Below, piece by piece: positions 1 to 9,209 of a stretch of 64,000 nt of DNA. This stretch comes from an uncultured Vicinamibacteraceae bacterium (GTDB lineage Bacteria; Acidobacteriota; Vicinamibacteria; Vicinamibacterales; UBA8438), in NCBI GenBank assembly GCA_964507425.1, contig CAZDQD010000036.1, positions 3,848-67,847 on the forward strand, given 5' to 3'. The notes under the pieces were generated by a model. The model saw nothing but the letters and a program-made list of their open reading frames with translations, searched no databases and was not told where the DNA came from. Within the stretch, counting starts at the first letter, position 1, and every line of letters starts with the position of its first letter. Both the position numbers and the translations under genes were made by a program.

Positions 1-1080
1 TTGCATGCAACGGTCTTCAAAAGCCATTAGTTTCTGCGGGTCAAAACTTGCTGCCGATCGATTTACACGCTCGAGTGAGAACTTGGAAATCATTTCCGCT
101 CTTGTAAAGTCTTCTGTGTGAGCATCAAGCGACCAACCTAACAAAAGTAGGTAGTTCACGAGAGCCGATGGCTGGTAGCCGACGTCACGGTAGAAATTGA
201 CAAGGACGGGGTTGAAACGTTCGGGATCAATTGACTTACCAAGTGTGGCGATAATGCCTGCTGCGTGGTCAAAAATCTTTTTAAACTCTGCGTGCTTCAG
301 GTATTTGGCAAGCTTCCGCTTGCTCAGCTTCTCCTCGCTCCCAGGTGCGGCGACGTAGGGGAGGTGTGCAAAGTGAGGGATGGAATAACCAAGTCCTTCA
401 GCAATAAATAGCTGACGTGGTGTATTGGATAAATGTTCAACCGCTCGAATGACGTGTGTGATGCCGAAGTCTGAGTCATCGACTGTGCTGGCTAAGTGGT
501 ACAGCGGAGAGCCGTCCGCCCGTTGGATGACATGGTCCTGTTCAAGCTCCCACTGAAATTCGACCGGGCCGCGCACTAGATCATGAAACTGGCACAGGCC
601 ATTCCGTGGCATTTTGAGTCGAATTACCGCGGTTCGTCCTTGAGACTCGAAAGTGGTTGCCATGTCGTCGGTCTCAGCCATCCAGCGCCGACTGTAAATA
701 AATCGCTGCTTGGTTCGTTGAGCGGTTTCACGTTCAGCGTTGACCTCTTCAGACGTGGCATAGTCGCGGTAGGCAAAGCCTTTGGCGAGTAAAGTTGCGA
801 TGGCTGCCTGATAGTGGTTGGTTCGCTGGGATTGGTAATAGGGTGCATGCGGACCTCCTGTGCTCGGTCCTTCATCCCAGTCAAGTCCTAACCACGTAAA
901 TCCGTCCAGAATGGGTTGCAGAGCTTCGTCAACGTTACGTCGCTGGTCGGTATCATCAATGCGGAGGATGAATTGGCCGCCGTGCTGACGGGCGAACAAC
1001 CAATTGAACAACGCCGTTCGCACCCCGCCAATGTGGAGGTATCCAGTCGGGCTTGGCGCGAAACGTGTGCGAACGGTCAT
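1..1080 (-). CDS. gltX: Glutamate--tRNA ligase, N-terminal 360 codons; the 3' end lies beyond the window edge
   Basis: My own minus-strand translation from the ATG at 1080-1078 reads [48 protein letters not shown]... It has the class I HIGH-type motif (HIGG) and a KMSKS-type motif (KLSKR). The frame stays open to position 1. It is missing from the ORF track because there is no stop codon in the window. Confidence 0.9.
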   Translation of the reverse strand, partial: MTVRTRFAPSPTGYLHIGGVRTALFNWLFARQHGGQFILRIDDTDQRRNVDEALQPILDGFTWLGLDWDEGPSTGGPHAPYYQSQRTNHYQAAIATLLAKGFAYRDYATSEEVNAERETAQRTKQRFIYSRRWMAETDDMATTFESQGRTAVIRLKMPRNGLCQFHDLVRGPVEFQWELEQDHVIQRADGSPLYHLASTVDDSDFGITHVIRAVEHLSNTPRQLFIAEGLGYSIPHFAHLPYVAAPGSEEKLSKRKLAKYLKHAEFKKIFDHAAGIIATLGKSIDPERFNPVLVNFYRDVGYQPSALVNYLLLLGWSLDAHTEDFTRAEMISKFSLERVNRSAASFDPQKLMAFEDRCMQ

Positions 1081-1096
1081 GAAGTGTCTATGATAG

Positions 1097-1807
1097 ATGT
1101 TCATGCGAGGTCTTTTCATTACGGCTGTGGTTGGAATCTTGATGCAGACCGGTGGACGCCCGTCCGTCGAGCACCTTACATATGACATTGCGGGCGGCGG
1201 AACGATGACATATGCCCTTGCGGTTCCGAGTAATTACGATTCATCGGAACCGGTACCCCTGATTCTGGCCTTACACCCGGGCGGGTCAAACGGGGCCTAT
1301 TACGGAAGCGTGAACATGCAGCGGATCTTCGAACCAGCGTTACGTGAATGGGGTGCAATTATTGTGGCTCCGGATGCTCCGATTCGCCGCTGGACGGATG
1401 AAATCGCGGAGCGTTCAGTGATGGCGTTGTTAGCTGAAGTCGCTGACGATTATTCAATTGATCAAACACGTGTTCTCGTTACTGGCTTCAGCATGGGTGG
1501 ACGGGGAACCTGGTTTTTTGCGACTCGGCACGCTGACTTTTTTACCGGTGCGATTCCGATTGCCGGTTCACCAGGTGATGACAACCTGGGTGGGCTCGAT
1601 GGTATACCTGTCCACATCGTTCATAGCCGTGCAGACGACGTCGTGCCATTTGGTCCGGCCGAGGCTGCGGCGCAGGCGCTCGAGGCAGGTGGTCATCCGG
1701 TGGCGTTTACTGCACTGGACAACGTGGGTCACTACGCTATGGGGGGCTATGTCCGCGCGCTGCGTGAAGCTGGCGATTGGATGCTCGAACAGTGGGCGAG
1801 TCAATAG
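1097..1807 (+). CDS. Secreted alpha/beta-hydrolase (carboxylesterase / PHB-depolymerase-type esterase family)
   Basis: Hydrophobic N-terminus. GFSMGG nucleophile elbow, later SRADDVV (Asp) and VGHY (His) in the expected catalytic-triad order. Confidence 0.7.
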   Translation: MFMRGLFITAVVGILMQTGGRPSVEHLTYDIAGGGTMTYALAVPSNYDSSEPVPLILALHPGGSNGAYYGSVNMQRIFEPALREWGAIIVAPDAPIRRWTDEIAERSVMALLAEVADDYSIDQTRVLVTGFSMGGRGTWFFATRHADFFTGAIPIAGSPGDDNLGGLDGIPVHIVHSRADDVVPFGPAEAAAQALEAGGHPVAFTALDNVGHYAMGGYVRALREAGDWMLEQWASQ

Positions 1808-1892
1808 AAAGTACCAACTCGAAGAACGCGTACTGCTGTCTTTGCGAAGCAGTCGATGCGACAAGCCAAATTTGTTGAAGAGAGCCTGTCTG

Positions 1893-3227
1893 TTACAGGG
1901 TGCCGAAGTAATCGGGAAGATTTGATTTGGTATCGAGCAAAATCTCTACGATCGCCTGCCGGTCGTCAAGCGATAAGCGGTCGTATGGCGACTCCGTGAC
2001 TTCCCCGTTCAAGACAGCCCACATTCGGGCATAGACCTCGTCAAGTGCGAGCTGTGGCAGGGCATCGAAAGCATCGGTGTAAATCATGTAACTGCAGGGA
2101 TAGCGGAACAACCGATTCGTCAAGTCAAATTCACGCAGTGAACGACCGTGTCTATCGGAGGGACCACGCGCTTCAAACACTTCTGTAAAACTAGACGAAG
2201 GTGTGACAGCGGTTGAGAGCGGCGCTTCGTCAACAAATAACATGTAGTCAACCAATTCAACAACGGCTTCTCGAATGGTTTCTAGAAAACGTCCATCGTC
2301 AGTTCCCTGTCCGCGGTCCGCTGCAGTGGTCATGTTCGAACGGTGCAGCACTCGTCGTGTTTCCCAACCGACGCGTGTGATCAGATTAGTCATATGGGCC
2401 TGATGTTCTAGTACCATTAACGCCGCGACGTCACTGTGGTTCGTTGGAAAGCCCTCAAGATCAAACCTGCCACCGACTGAATCAAGTACCGGCGGCACGA
2501 CACCAAAAGTAGCTTGCGGGTCCTCGACGTCCATAACCTCAACGTTACCCATATGCGCCACTCCACCGTGGTCGCCAGTTACGTACCACCCTCCCCAGCG
2601 GTCCTGTAAACGAGTTCTATGGTCTGTAACGTGGCCACTCGCATAGGCGTTTCGATCTTTGGGCATTGGGTACATGCTCAACACCTGCAGTCCTGGTACG
2701 CCTAGGGTGTCCCAGGACAAGTGGCACGCCAAACAGTTTTCGCGACGCTCGAAACGAGGTGCGGCCGACTGAGTTTGCGGCAAGGCATAGAAAATGGTGC
2801 CCTGCTGTTCGTCTTGTGCGGCGAGCTCAAGGACATCGGCGCCGCGTACCCAGCCAACCGCGACATCATCAGAGAAGTAGACAGCGCGTGGGTTATTGAA
2901 GCGGATATATTCTTCCTGAAAACTGGTTGGTGAAAAAACGAGCACCTGAGATTGAATAGGGACGTCCAGGGCATCGAGCACCGACGGAAGATAGCCACTC
3001 GATCCGTTAAACCTTAGTTCGAGAACCCCGGCATCAAGACGACTATTTAGTGAGTCGATCGCGTTATTAACCGGACCGTCGCTATACCGAATTGCAGGAT
3101 GGTCTCGACTTGCTCTAAATGCACCGCCACGTTGTCCTGCCGTAGTCGATACGGTTCCGATGACCACGGCTGTTGCTGTCAGCAGTGATAGAAAGACGGT
3201 GAAATTGAAGAAGAAACGTTTTGACAC
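1893..3227 (-). CDS. Secreted uncharacterised protein with a single CxxCH haem-c motif
   Basis: N-terminal signal-like segment (FFFNFTVFLSLLTATAVVIG). One C-L-A-C-H motif (ENCLACHLSWD). I recognise no other family signature. Confidence 0.5.
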   Translation of the reverse strand: MSKRFFFNFTVFLSLLTATAVVIGTVSTTAGQRGGAFRASRDHPAIRYSDGPVNNAIDSLNSRLDAGVLELRFNGSSGYLPSVLDALDVPIQSQVLVFSPTSFQEEYIRFNNPRAVYFSDDVAVGWVRGADVLELAAQDEQQGTIFYALPQTQSAAPRFERRENCLACHLSWDTLGVPGLQVLSMYPMPKDRNAYASGHVTDHRTRLQDRWGGWYVTGDHGGVAHMGNVEVMDVEDPQATFGVVPPVLDSVGGRFDLEGFPTNHSDVAALMVLEHQAHMTNLITRVGWETRRVLHRSNMTTAADRGQGTDDGRFLETIREAVVELVDYMLFVDEAPLSTAVTPSSSFTEVFEARGPSDRHGRSLREFDLTNRLFRYPCSYMIYTDAFDALPQLALDEVYARMWAVLNGEVTESPYDRLSLDDRQAIVEILLDTKSNLPDYFGTL

Positions 3228-3361
3228 GGCTTTCTAGTAGTCCACGAAAACAGACAAGTTAAAGAGGACCTTACATTGATGCCTCTGACAACGGTGGTAG
3301 TCGTGACCAATGCTGCTGGACCACTGCGCACGTCGACGTGAGCGTCCAAGGATAATTTCCG

Positions 3362-3835
3362 TTACTGACGGAGCTCGACGGCTTGGGCGACAAAACTGGT
3401 TTCCGTCGCTGTACCATCCGCGTTGCGTGATAAATTGACGCCTTCTGCGATGAGGTGATCAGCTGCTGCCTTAGAAAAGATATTCTGTTCAAATAATCCT
3501 TCAAGGCGTGCGTTGTAGCCGGTCGAATCGGTCGGAACGAAGAACGCATAATCTTTGAACGTGATACGAATGCCTTGACTGGCGTTATCGGGAACCAGTT
3601 CCATCCAACACCCCTTGACGGCGCAAACCTTGTTAACAGTCCCCTCTAGAATCACGGTCTGTTCGGTGTAACGGTCAAGGTCCTGCAAGGCTTCCTCGAG
3701 TTTTACGATGGACGATGGCCCTATGTCGGCTCCGCGTTTGATGACATCCTGCGCATGACTGACCGATGTTGTCGCGATAGCTGCGAACAACACAGTTAGA
3801 CAAAAGACGGTGGCAAGATTTCGATGGTAACCCAT
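3362..3835 (-). CDS. DUF4920 domain-containing secreted protein
   Basis: Signal peptide. KVCAVKGCWMEL and FKDYAFFVP match the motifs I remember for DUF4920 (VCxxKGCWM, FKDYAFF). Confidence 0.75.
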   Translation of the reverse strand: MGYHRNLATVFCLTVLFAAIATTSVSHAQDVIKRGADIGPSSIVKLEEALQDLDRYTEQTVILEGTVNKVCAVKGCWMELVPDNASQGIRITFKDYAFFVPTDSTGYNARLEGLFEQNIFSKAAADHLIAEGVNLSRNADGTATETSFVAQAVELRQ

Positions 3836-3936
3836 GACAACTCCGTTCTCATATCAGACCGCTTAACTCGCCGATAATAACAGCAAAAATAGATTAGACT
3901 AGTAAAGAATTTTTTTTTGGGTATTCAAAATATCTG

Positions 3937-4971
3937 ATGCCTGGTCCTGGTGTACTGCTTTTAACGTTCGTGGTGGTCGTGGCCACGTTGGCCGGGTTGT
4001 TTGCGGCGAGGGACAGAATAACTAGAAAACTTGGCCGTTATAGCGCTCGTGTTCGACGTGAGGATGCCATTAAGCACATTTATATGTGTCAACTAGATGG
4101 CCGGTCTTGTTCCCTTGAGAGTCTTGCTGGTCGCCTTGAGGTGCCACGTGGCCGCGCGGCCAGAATTTTGTCTGAGCTTTCGGACATGGGGCTCGTTCAC
4201 ATGGATGCAACCGGACTATTACTTACGAGCGAGGGTGAGCGTGTGGCGCTCAGACTTGTTAGGACTCATCGTATGTGGGAACGCTATTTGGCCGACCGAA
4301 CAGGTCTCCCGGCTAGTGAATGGCATGACGAAGCAGATCGTGTTGAACACACACTGTCCGTCGCGGAGGTAGATATTTTAGATGCCAGATTAGGCCATCC
4401 AAGTTGGGACCCGCACGGTGATCCGATACCGACCGCCGATGGTTACATCCCACCCGATACGGGCATTTCACTGATAGCTGCTGAACTTGGACGGACGGTT
4501 GAAATTGTGCATCTGGAAGATGAGCCAAAAGAAATTTACGATGGGCTTTTACAGGATGGCTTTTTACTAGGCGGACGGCTTGATGTTATTCGGCGAAGTG
4601 ACCAGTCCTTACGTGTCCTGGTACTTGGTCGCGAATTCGAGCTCACTCCGGTTGCTGCCGCAAATGTAACCGTGCGTTATCTTCCGGTTGGCGAGCATGC
4701 CGAGACGAACCAATTGGTGTTGTCTGACGTACGAGACGGAGAAACCGTTGTTGTGCAGAGCATTTCTCAGGCATGTGGAGGTGTGCAGCGACGGCGGTTA
4801 CTTGATCTTGGTGTTGTGCGTGGAACAGAAGTTACACGTGAGCTAACAAGTGCTGGAGGTGACCCGACCGGGTATCGCATTCGGGGTGCACTGATAGCGC
4901 TCCGGAACGCACAGGCTGAATTCATCGTAGTTGGTCGGGCTGACGGTAACGAAACAAAGGCGCGTATCTGA
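3937..4971 (+). CDS. DtxR/MntR-family metal-dependent regulator fused to two FeoA (SH3-like) domains, with a hydrophobic N-terminal segment
   Basis: The winged-helix region aligns to the DtxR N-terminus (AIKHIYMCQLDG...ILSELSDMGLV). Dimerisation and metal-site region: LVRTHRMWERYL...HDEADRVEH...DPHGDPIP. Two FeoA-like modules follow (GRTVEIVHLEDEP...; GETVVVQSIS...RRRLLDLGVVRGTEV...IRGALIALR). Residues 5-24 are strongly hydrophobic. The stop overlaps the feoB start (ATGA). There is no obvious SD sequence, so the start is uncertain. Confidence 0.75.
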   Translation: MPGPGVLLLTFVVVVATLAGLFAARDRITRKLGRYSARVRREDAIKHIYMCQLDGRSCSLESLAGRLEVPRGRAARILSELSDMGLVHMDATGLLLTSEGERVALRLVRTHRMWERYLADRTGLPASEWHDEADRVEHTLSVAEVDILDARLGHPSWDPHGDPIPTADGYIPPDTGISLIAAELGRTVEIVHLEDEPKEIYDGLLQDGFLLGGRLDVIRRSDQSLRVLVLGREFELTPVAAANVTVRYLPVGEHAETNQLVLSDVRDGETVVVQSISQACGGVQRRRLLDLGVVRGTEVTRELTSAGGDPTGYRIRGALIALRNAQAEFIVVGRADGNETKARI

Positions 4972-7178
4972 TGTCTACGTCTTCCGCCACTTGGAGCGAA
5001 GCATCAGGTCGCCGAACGAAGAGTTTGGTCCGCCTTGGTCTTCGGCCGGATAAGTGGGACACGCTAATTGCGCTTGCGGGAAACCCCAATGTGGGGAAGA
5101 GCACCGTTTTTAATGCGCTAACCGGTCTTCGACAGCACACGGGGAACTGGCCAGGTAAGACCATCGTTCGTGCGGAAGGTGGATTCGTTCATCGTGACAA
5201 AAAGATGAAGGTTGTCGACTTACCGGGAACCTATTCGTTGCAGGCTGGCAGTGTCGACGAAGAGGTCGCACGTGATTTCATCCTCTTCGGACAACCCGAC
5301 GTGACCGTTGTGGTCGTCGATGCCACCCGCCTCGAACGAAACCTGAATTTGGTGTTGCAAATTCTTGACATAACTGACCGTGTCGTTCTCTTTTTAAATT
5401 TGATGGACGAAGCCCGTCGGCACGGTATTGCCGTTGATTCGTCGAGTCTTGAGCGACAGCTTGGTGTGCCGGTTGTGAGTGGAATTGCCCGGTCGAAGAT
5501 TGGTATTGACCTGTTACTTGAAACGGCCCACAAAGTCGGCACGGGGCAACACGAAACGAATCCGTATCGTATTACACAGCATGCACCTAAGATCGAAAAG
5601 GCTGTGACAACGCTCGCAAACGTTGTTGAGCAATCATTTCCAGGAATTCCGAGTAGCCGGTGGGTGTCTCAACGTTTGCTCAATGCTGATGGTGCTGTCG
5701 TTGACGCTGTTCAGAATGGAGAACTTGGCCAGTTGGGTGGAGGACCAAGGTCAGCCGAGGTCACGGCAACTGCGCGGAGAAAGACATTAGATACGGCACA
5801 AAGGTTGCGGTGGGAACTCCCGTCCAATTTCCATGACTCGATGACCGAAAACATCTACGAGGCGGCACAGGAAATTGCAGAAGGTTCGCAATTAAGTGGG
5901 TTACGTAAGGCTAGTTTCGACTTTGACCGTGTATTCGATCGAGCATTAACGAGTCGCTGGCTTGGTTTTCCAGTGATGTTATTAATTCTTAGCGCCGTGT
6001 TCTGGCTTACCATCGAAGGTGCAAATGTCCCTTCTGCGATGTTGGGAACACTCCTGATAGACACGATACATCCTGCTCTCAAAATGTTTGGTGTATCAGT
6101 AGGTTTAGCAGAAGGACTGAATGGATTTTTGTTTGATGGTGTTTATCTAGCCACAGCGTGGGTGGTCGCCGTCATGCTGCCGCCGATGGCGATTTTCTTT
6201 CCACTGTTCACTTTACTCGAAGATTTTGGGTACCTTCCTCGAGTCGCATTTAACTTGGATTCACTGTTTCGACGTGCCGGTGCGCACGGCAAACAGGCGC
6301 TAACCATGTGTATGGGATTTGGTTGCAATGCGGCTGGTGTTGTGGCCACACGCGTAATTGATAGTCCACGTGAACGACTTGTCGCCATCATCACAAATAA
6401 TTTTTCCCTGTGTAACGGTCGCTGGCCGACGCAGATACTTATTGCCTCAATCTTTGTCGGTACCCTTGCACCTGCCCATCTCGCCGGTTTGGTTTCCGCG
6501 ACTGCTGTTGTTGCGGTTGTGGTTCTCGGAGTTATTTGTATGTTTCTTGCGTCGTGGTTTCTTTCGCGGACAGTTTTAAGGGGCGAGGCGACAAGCTTTA
6601 GCCTTGAACTTCCACCCTACCGTCCACCACGAGTCTTACAGACATTGTATACATCGTTGATCGACAGAACGCTGATTGTGCTCTGGAGAGCTGTCGTGTT
6701 TGCTATGCCTGCTGGGGCGGTGATCTGGTTGATCTCAAACATTAATGTCGGCGAGGTCAGCCTCGCAGCCCGTCTCGTTGATTCGTTTGAGCCGTTCGGT
6801 GTACTTATTGGACTAAACGGCGTAATTTTGCTTGCTTATGTGGTGGCTATTCCAGCCAATGAAATCGTTATTCCGACGGTGCTGATGCTGACGGTGCTCA
6901 CCTCGGGTGCTCACGGTGGTGTAGGCGACGGTGTTATGTTTGAACTGGATAGTGCTGCTGCGACAGGTGATTTGCTGCGTGCTGGCGGTTGGTCCTTGGT
7001 TACCGCCGTGAACCTGATGCTGTTTAGCCTTTTACACAACCCTTGTTCAACAACGCTTTACACGATTTATCGGGAAACTCAGAGTAAGCGGTGGACGATG
7101 TTATCTGCTGTGCTTCCGCTAGTAATGGGTATTTCCGTTTGTTTCGTTGTTACGCAGGTGTGGCGGCTTTTGCAGTAA
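4971..7178 (+). CDS. feoB: Ferrous iron transporter FeoB
   Basis: N-terminal G-domain with G1 motif GNPNVGKSTVFNALTG and DLPGTYSL, followed by a polytopic membrane domain. 735 aa. Confidence 0.95.
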   Translation: MSTSSATWSEASGRRTKSLVRLGLRPDKWDTLIALAGNPNVGKSTVFNALTGLRQHTGNWPGKTIVRAEGGFVHRDKKMKVVDLPGTYSLQAGSVDEEVARDFILFGQPDVTVVVVDATRLERNLNLVLQILDITDRVVLFLNLMDEARRHGIAVDSSSLERQLGVPVVSGIARSKIGIDLLLETAHKVGTGQHETNPYRITQHAPKIEKAVTTLANVVEQSFPGIPSSRWVSQRLLNADGAVVDAVQNGELGQLGGGPRSAEVTATARRKTLDTAQRLRWELPSNFHDSMTENIYEAAQEIAEGSQLSGLRKASFDFDRVFDRALTSRWLGFPVMLLILSAVFWLTIEGANVPSAMLGTLLIDTIHPALKMFGVSVGLAEGLNGFLFDGVYLATAWVVAVMLPPMAIFFPLFTLLEDFGYLPRVAFNLDSLFRRAGAHGKQALTMCMGFGCNAAGVVATRVIDSPRERLVAIITNNFSLCNGRWPTQILIASIFVGTLAPAHLAGLVSATAVVAVVVLGVICMFLASWFLSRTVLRGEATSFSLELPPYRPPRVLQTLYTSLIDRTLIVLWRAVVFAMPAGAVIWLISNINVGEVSLAARLVDSFEPFGVLIGLNGVILLAYVVAIPANEIVIPTVLMLTVLTSGAHGGVGDGVMFELDSAAATGDLLRAGGWSLVTAVNLMLFSLLHNPCSTTLYTIYRETQSKRWTMLSAVLPLVMGISVCFVVTQVWRLLQ

Positions 7179-7250
7179 CGCTATACTCGCACGATCGAGT
7201 CCCGTCGTCTGGCCGCGGCCAGGGAACAGGCTCCCAGTCGGAGGCGATAT

Positions 7251-7844
7251 ATGCGAAAAGTATCTAGAGTTCGATTGCTGAGTGCCACCGGTTTTGTGGT
7301 AGCCGCCCTTGGAATTTGCGGTTCCTACCTTCTTGCCCAGGCGGGCGCTTCAGGCGTTGTGGTTATGCCGCGTTATGATGCAAATGGTGCACTCCAGCTG
7401 CCTGAAAACTATCGGCGGTGGACGTTAATTGGCACGTCACTAGGGCTTAGCTACAACGAAGATGTTCCCAAGCGTGAAGGGTTTAATCACACGCTGATGG
7501 AACCGACTGCGTACGACTACTTTGTGGAAACGGGTGAGTTTCGCGAGGGTACGATGCTTGCGCTTCTCGTAAGGGGAGCTGCCTCCGATGCGATGCCAGC
7601 ACGCCATGGACGATTTGCCTCTGATGTAGTTGCCGTGGAACTGGCTGTGAAAGACTCGTCGCGCGTCGAAGAGGGCTGGGCTTATTATGATTTTAGGGGC
7701 GGCAGTCGTGCACGTACATCAGCGCAGCCGTTTCCGAAAACGCAGGGATGTTTCGCATGTCACGTCGATCATGCTGCGCGCGACAATGTGTTTTTACAGT
7801 TCTACCCTCTCTTATCTGAAGCTGCTGGTATTTCGACTAAGTAG
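7251..7844 (+). CDS. Cytochrome P460 family protein (periplasmic mono-haem)
   Basis: Signal peptide. LPENYRRWTLIG..., TGEFREGTMLA, and a C-terminal GCFACHVDHAARDNVFLQFYPLL (CxxCH followed by D.VF..FYP), typical of the P460 family. GGAGG SD upstream. Confidence 0.7.
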   Translation: MRKVSRVRLLSATGFVVAALGICGSYLLAQAGASGVVVMPRYDANGALQLPENYRRWTLIGTSLGLSYNEDVPKREGFNHTLMEPTAYDYFVETGEFREGTMLALLVRGAASDAMPARHGRFASDVVAVELAVKDSSRVEEGWAYYDFRGGSRARTSAQPFPKTQGCFACHVDHAARDNVFLQFYPLLSEAAGISTK

Positions 7845-7872
7845 ATAAGCCACGGTCGAATTTCTGAACGGC

Positions 7873-9117
7873 GTGACTTTTAGAATTAATGAACGAGGTG
7901 TACCGATACGCTCGACGATAGCTGTCTTGGTGCTGGTGCTGTTCCAGCTTGCGTCCGTCTCTGTTGGTACAGCCCCAGCGCAAACGCCATCGACTGATAC
8001 TGACGAAACGGACCAACGGGACCTCTTTGACGTCGCCGCCGCACTTTTTGGTCGCGATCGTGCTGGCGTGGAGGAGGACGAGAAAACAAACGACGATCGA
8101 CGGCTGTTTGTCTTTCCCAGTTTTGGTGGAAATCCAGCACAGGGGGTGTCAGGAGGCGCGCTTGCAACCCTTACTGATTATTGGGGGGACCCGAATAAAA
8201 CGCAGCTTTCCTCAGTTTTGTTGTCGGGTTCCGTTACGAGTAAGAAGCAGGTTCTCCTAGTTGCTCGTTCTGACATATATGCTCCCGGTAATGGTTGGCA
8301 CTTTATTGGGGATTGGCGTTATTACGATTATGTTGAACAAACGCATGGATTGGGAGGGAGCCGACCGGCCTTACCAGCAGTGGAGGTGACATACGATTGG
8401 TACCGCTTCCACCAGATAGTCACACGTCCCATCGTGAATGACCTTGAGTTTGGTATCGGTTATCACTTGGACACACATCGTGGGATTCGTTTTCCTACGA
8501 GCGTTCAGTTGCCAGATGTAGGGTGGTTGTCCGGAAACTTTACGGATGACACTTCTTCTGGTGTTTCTTTGAATCTTATCTACGACCGTCGCGATCACCC
8601 CTTGAATACGGAACGTGGCTTACTTGCCCGAGCTGAATTCACAATGTACCGGACCAGAATTGGTAGCGATGCGGATTGGGACAACCTGGAACTGGAAGGG
8701 CGGGTCTACCGGCGCCTTTCTGGTAGGCGTCGGCAAGTTGTGGCTCTCTGGGGAATCGGCTCTTTCACCCGTGGACGGGCGCCGTACTTTGATCTACCGA
8801 GTATTGGGTGGGACCTCTACGGTCGCACCGGCCGAGGTTATCGGAGTGGTCGGTTTCGTGGACGGGACTGGACCTATACCGAAGTGGAGTATCGGGTGGA
8901 CTTATTGCGGAATGGCCTTCTCGGTGCGGTTCTGTTTGGAAACACGAGCCAATTTAGCGATCCACGCAACGACCGACAAGAAAGATGGGTTTCTGCGGTC
9001 GGCGTTGGGTTACGGCTAAAAATTAATAAGGAAACACGGTCAAACCTCGCGGTTGATTTCGCATGGGGGCGTGATGGATCGAAAGGTGTTTATGTCGCGA
9101 TTAATGAAGCTTTTTAG
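7873..9117 (+). CDS. Omp85/BamA-type (bacterial surface antigen) outer-membrane beta-barrel protein
   Basis: Signal peptide. The C-terminal region has alternating beta-strand patterns (VEYRVDLL..., AVGVGLRLKI..., LAVDFAWG...) and a terminal aromatic residue (...AINEAF). GTG start. Confidence 0.6.
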   Translation: MTFRINERGVPIRSTIAVLVLVLFQLASVSVGTAPAQTPSTDTDETDQRDLFDVAAALFGRDRAGVEEDEKTNDDRRLFVFPSFGGNPAQGVSGGALATLTDYWGDPNKTQLSSVLLSGSVTSKKQVLLVARSDIYAPGNGWHFIGDWRYYDYVEQTHGLGGSRPALPAVEVTYDWYRFHQIVTRPIVNDLEFGIGYHLDTHRGIRFPTSVQLPDVGWLSGNFTDDTSSGVSLNLIYDRRDHPLNTERGLLARAEFTMYRTRIGSDADWDNLELEGRVYRRLSGRRRQVVALWGIGSFTRGRAPYFDLPSIGWDLYGRTGRGYRSGRFRGRDWTYTEVEYRVDLLRNGLLGAVLFGNTSQFSDPRNDRQERWVSAVGVGLRLKINKETRSNLAVDFAWGRDGSKGVYVAINEAF

Positions 9118-9209
9118 TGTTTCAAAATAGTTTGCGTATCTGCTCGACATGAGAGGCATCATCAGGGTAGCTTGATGGCGAAGGTGCGGTACTAGTAGAG
9201 GAGTGTCAG

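Noticed and set aside
3889-3907. Possible DtxR/IdeR box (ATAGATTAGACTAGTAAAG) in the AT-rich region upstream of the DtxR-FeoA gene
   Set aside because: Only about 11 of 19 positions match the IdeR/DtxR consensus as I remember it. The right half-site is poor, and in AT-rich DNA this could be chance.
7209-7222. 14-bp palindrome CTGGCCGCGGCCAG after feoB
   Set aside because: It is short and GC-only, has no loop and no U-tract, and is likely fortuitous.
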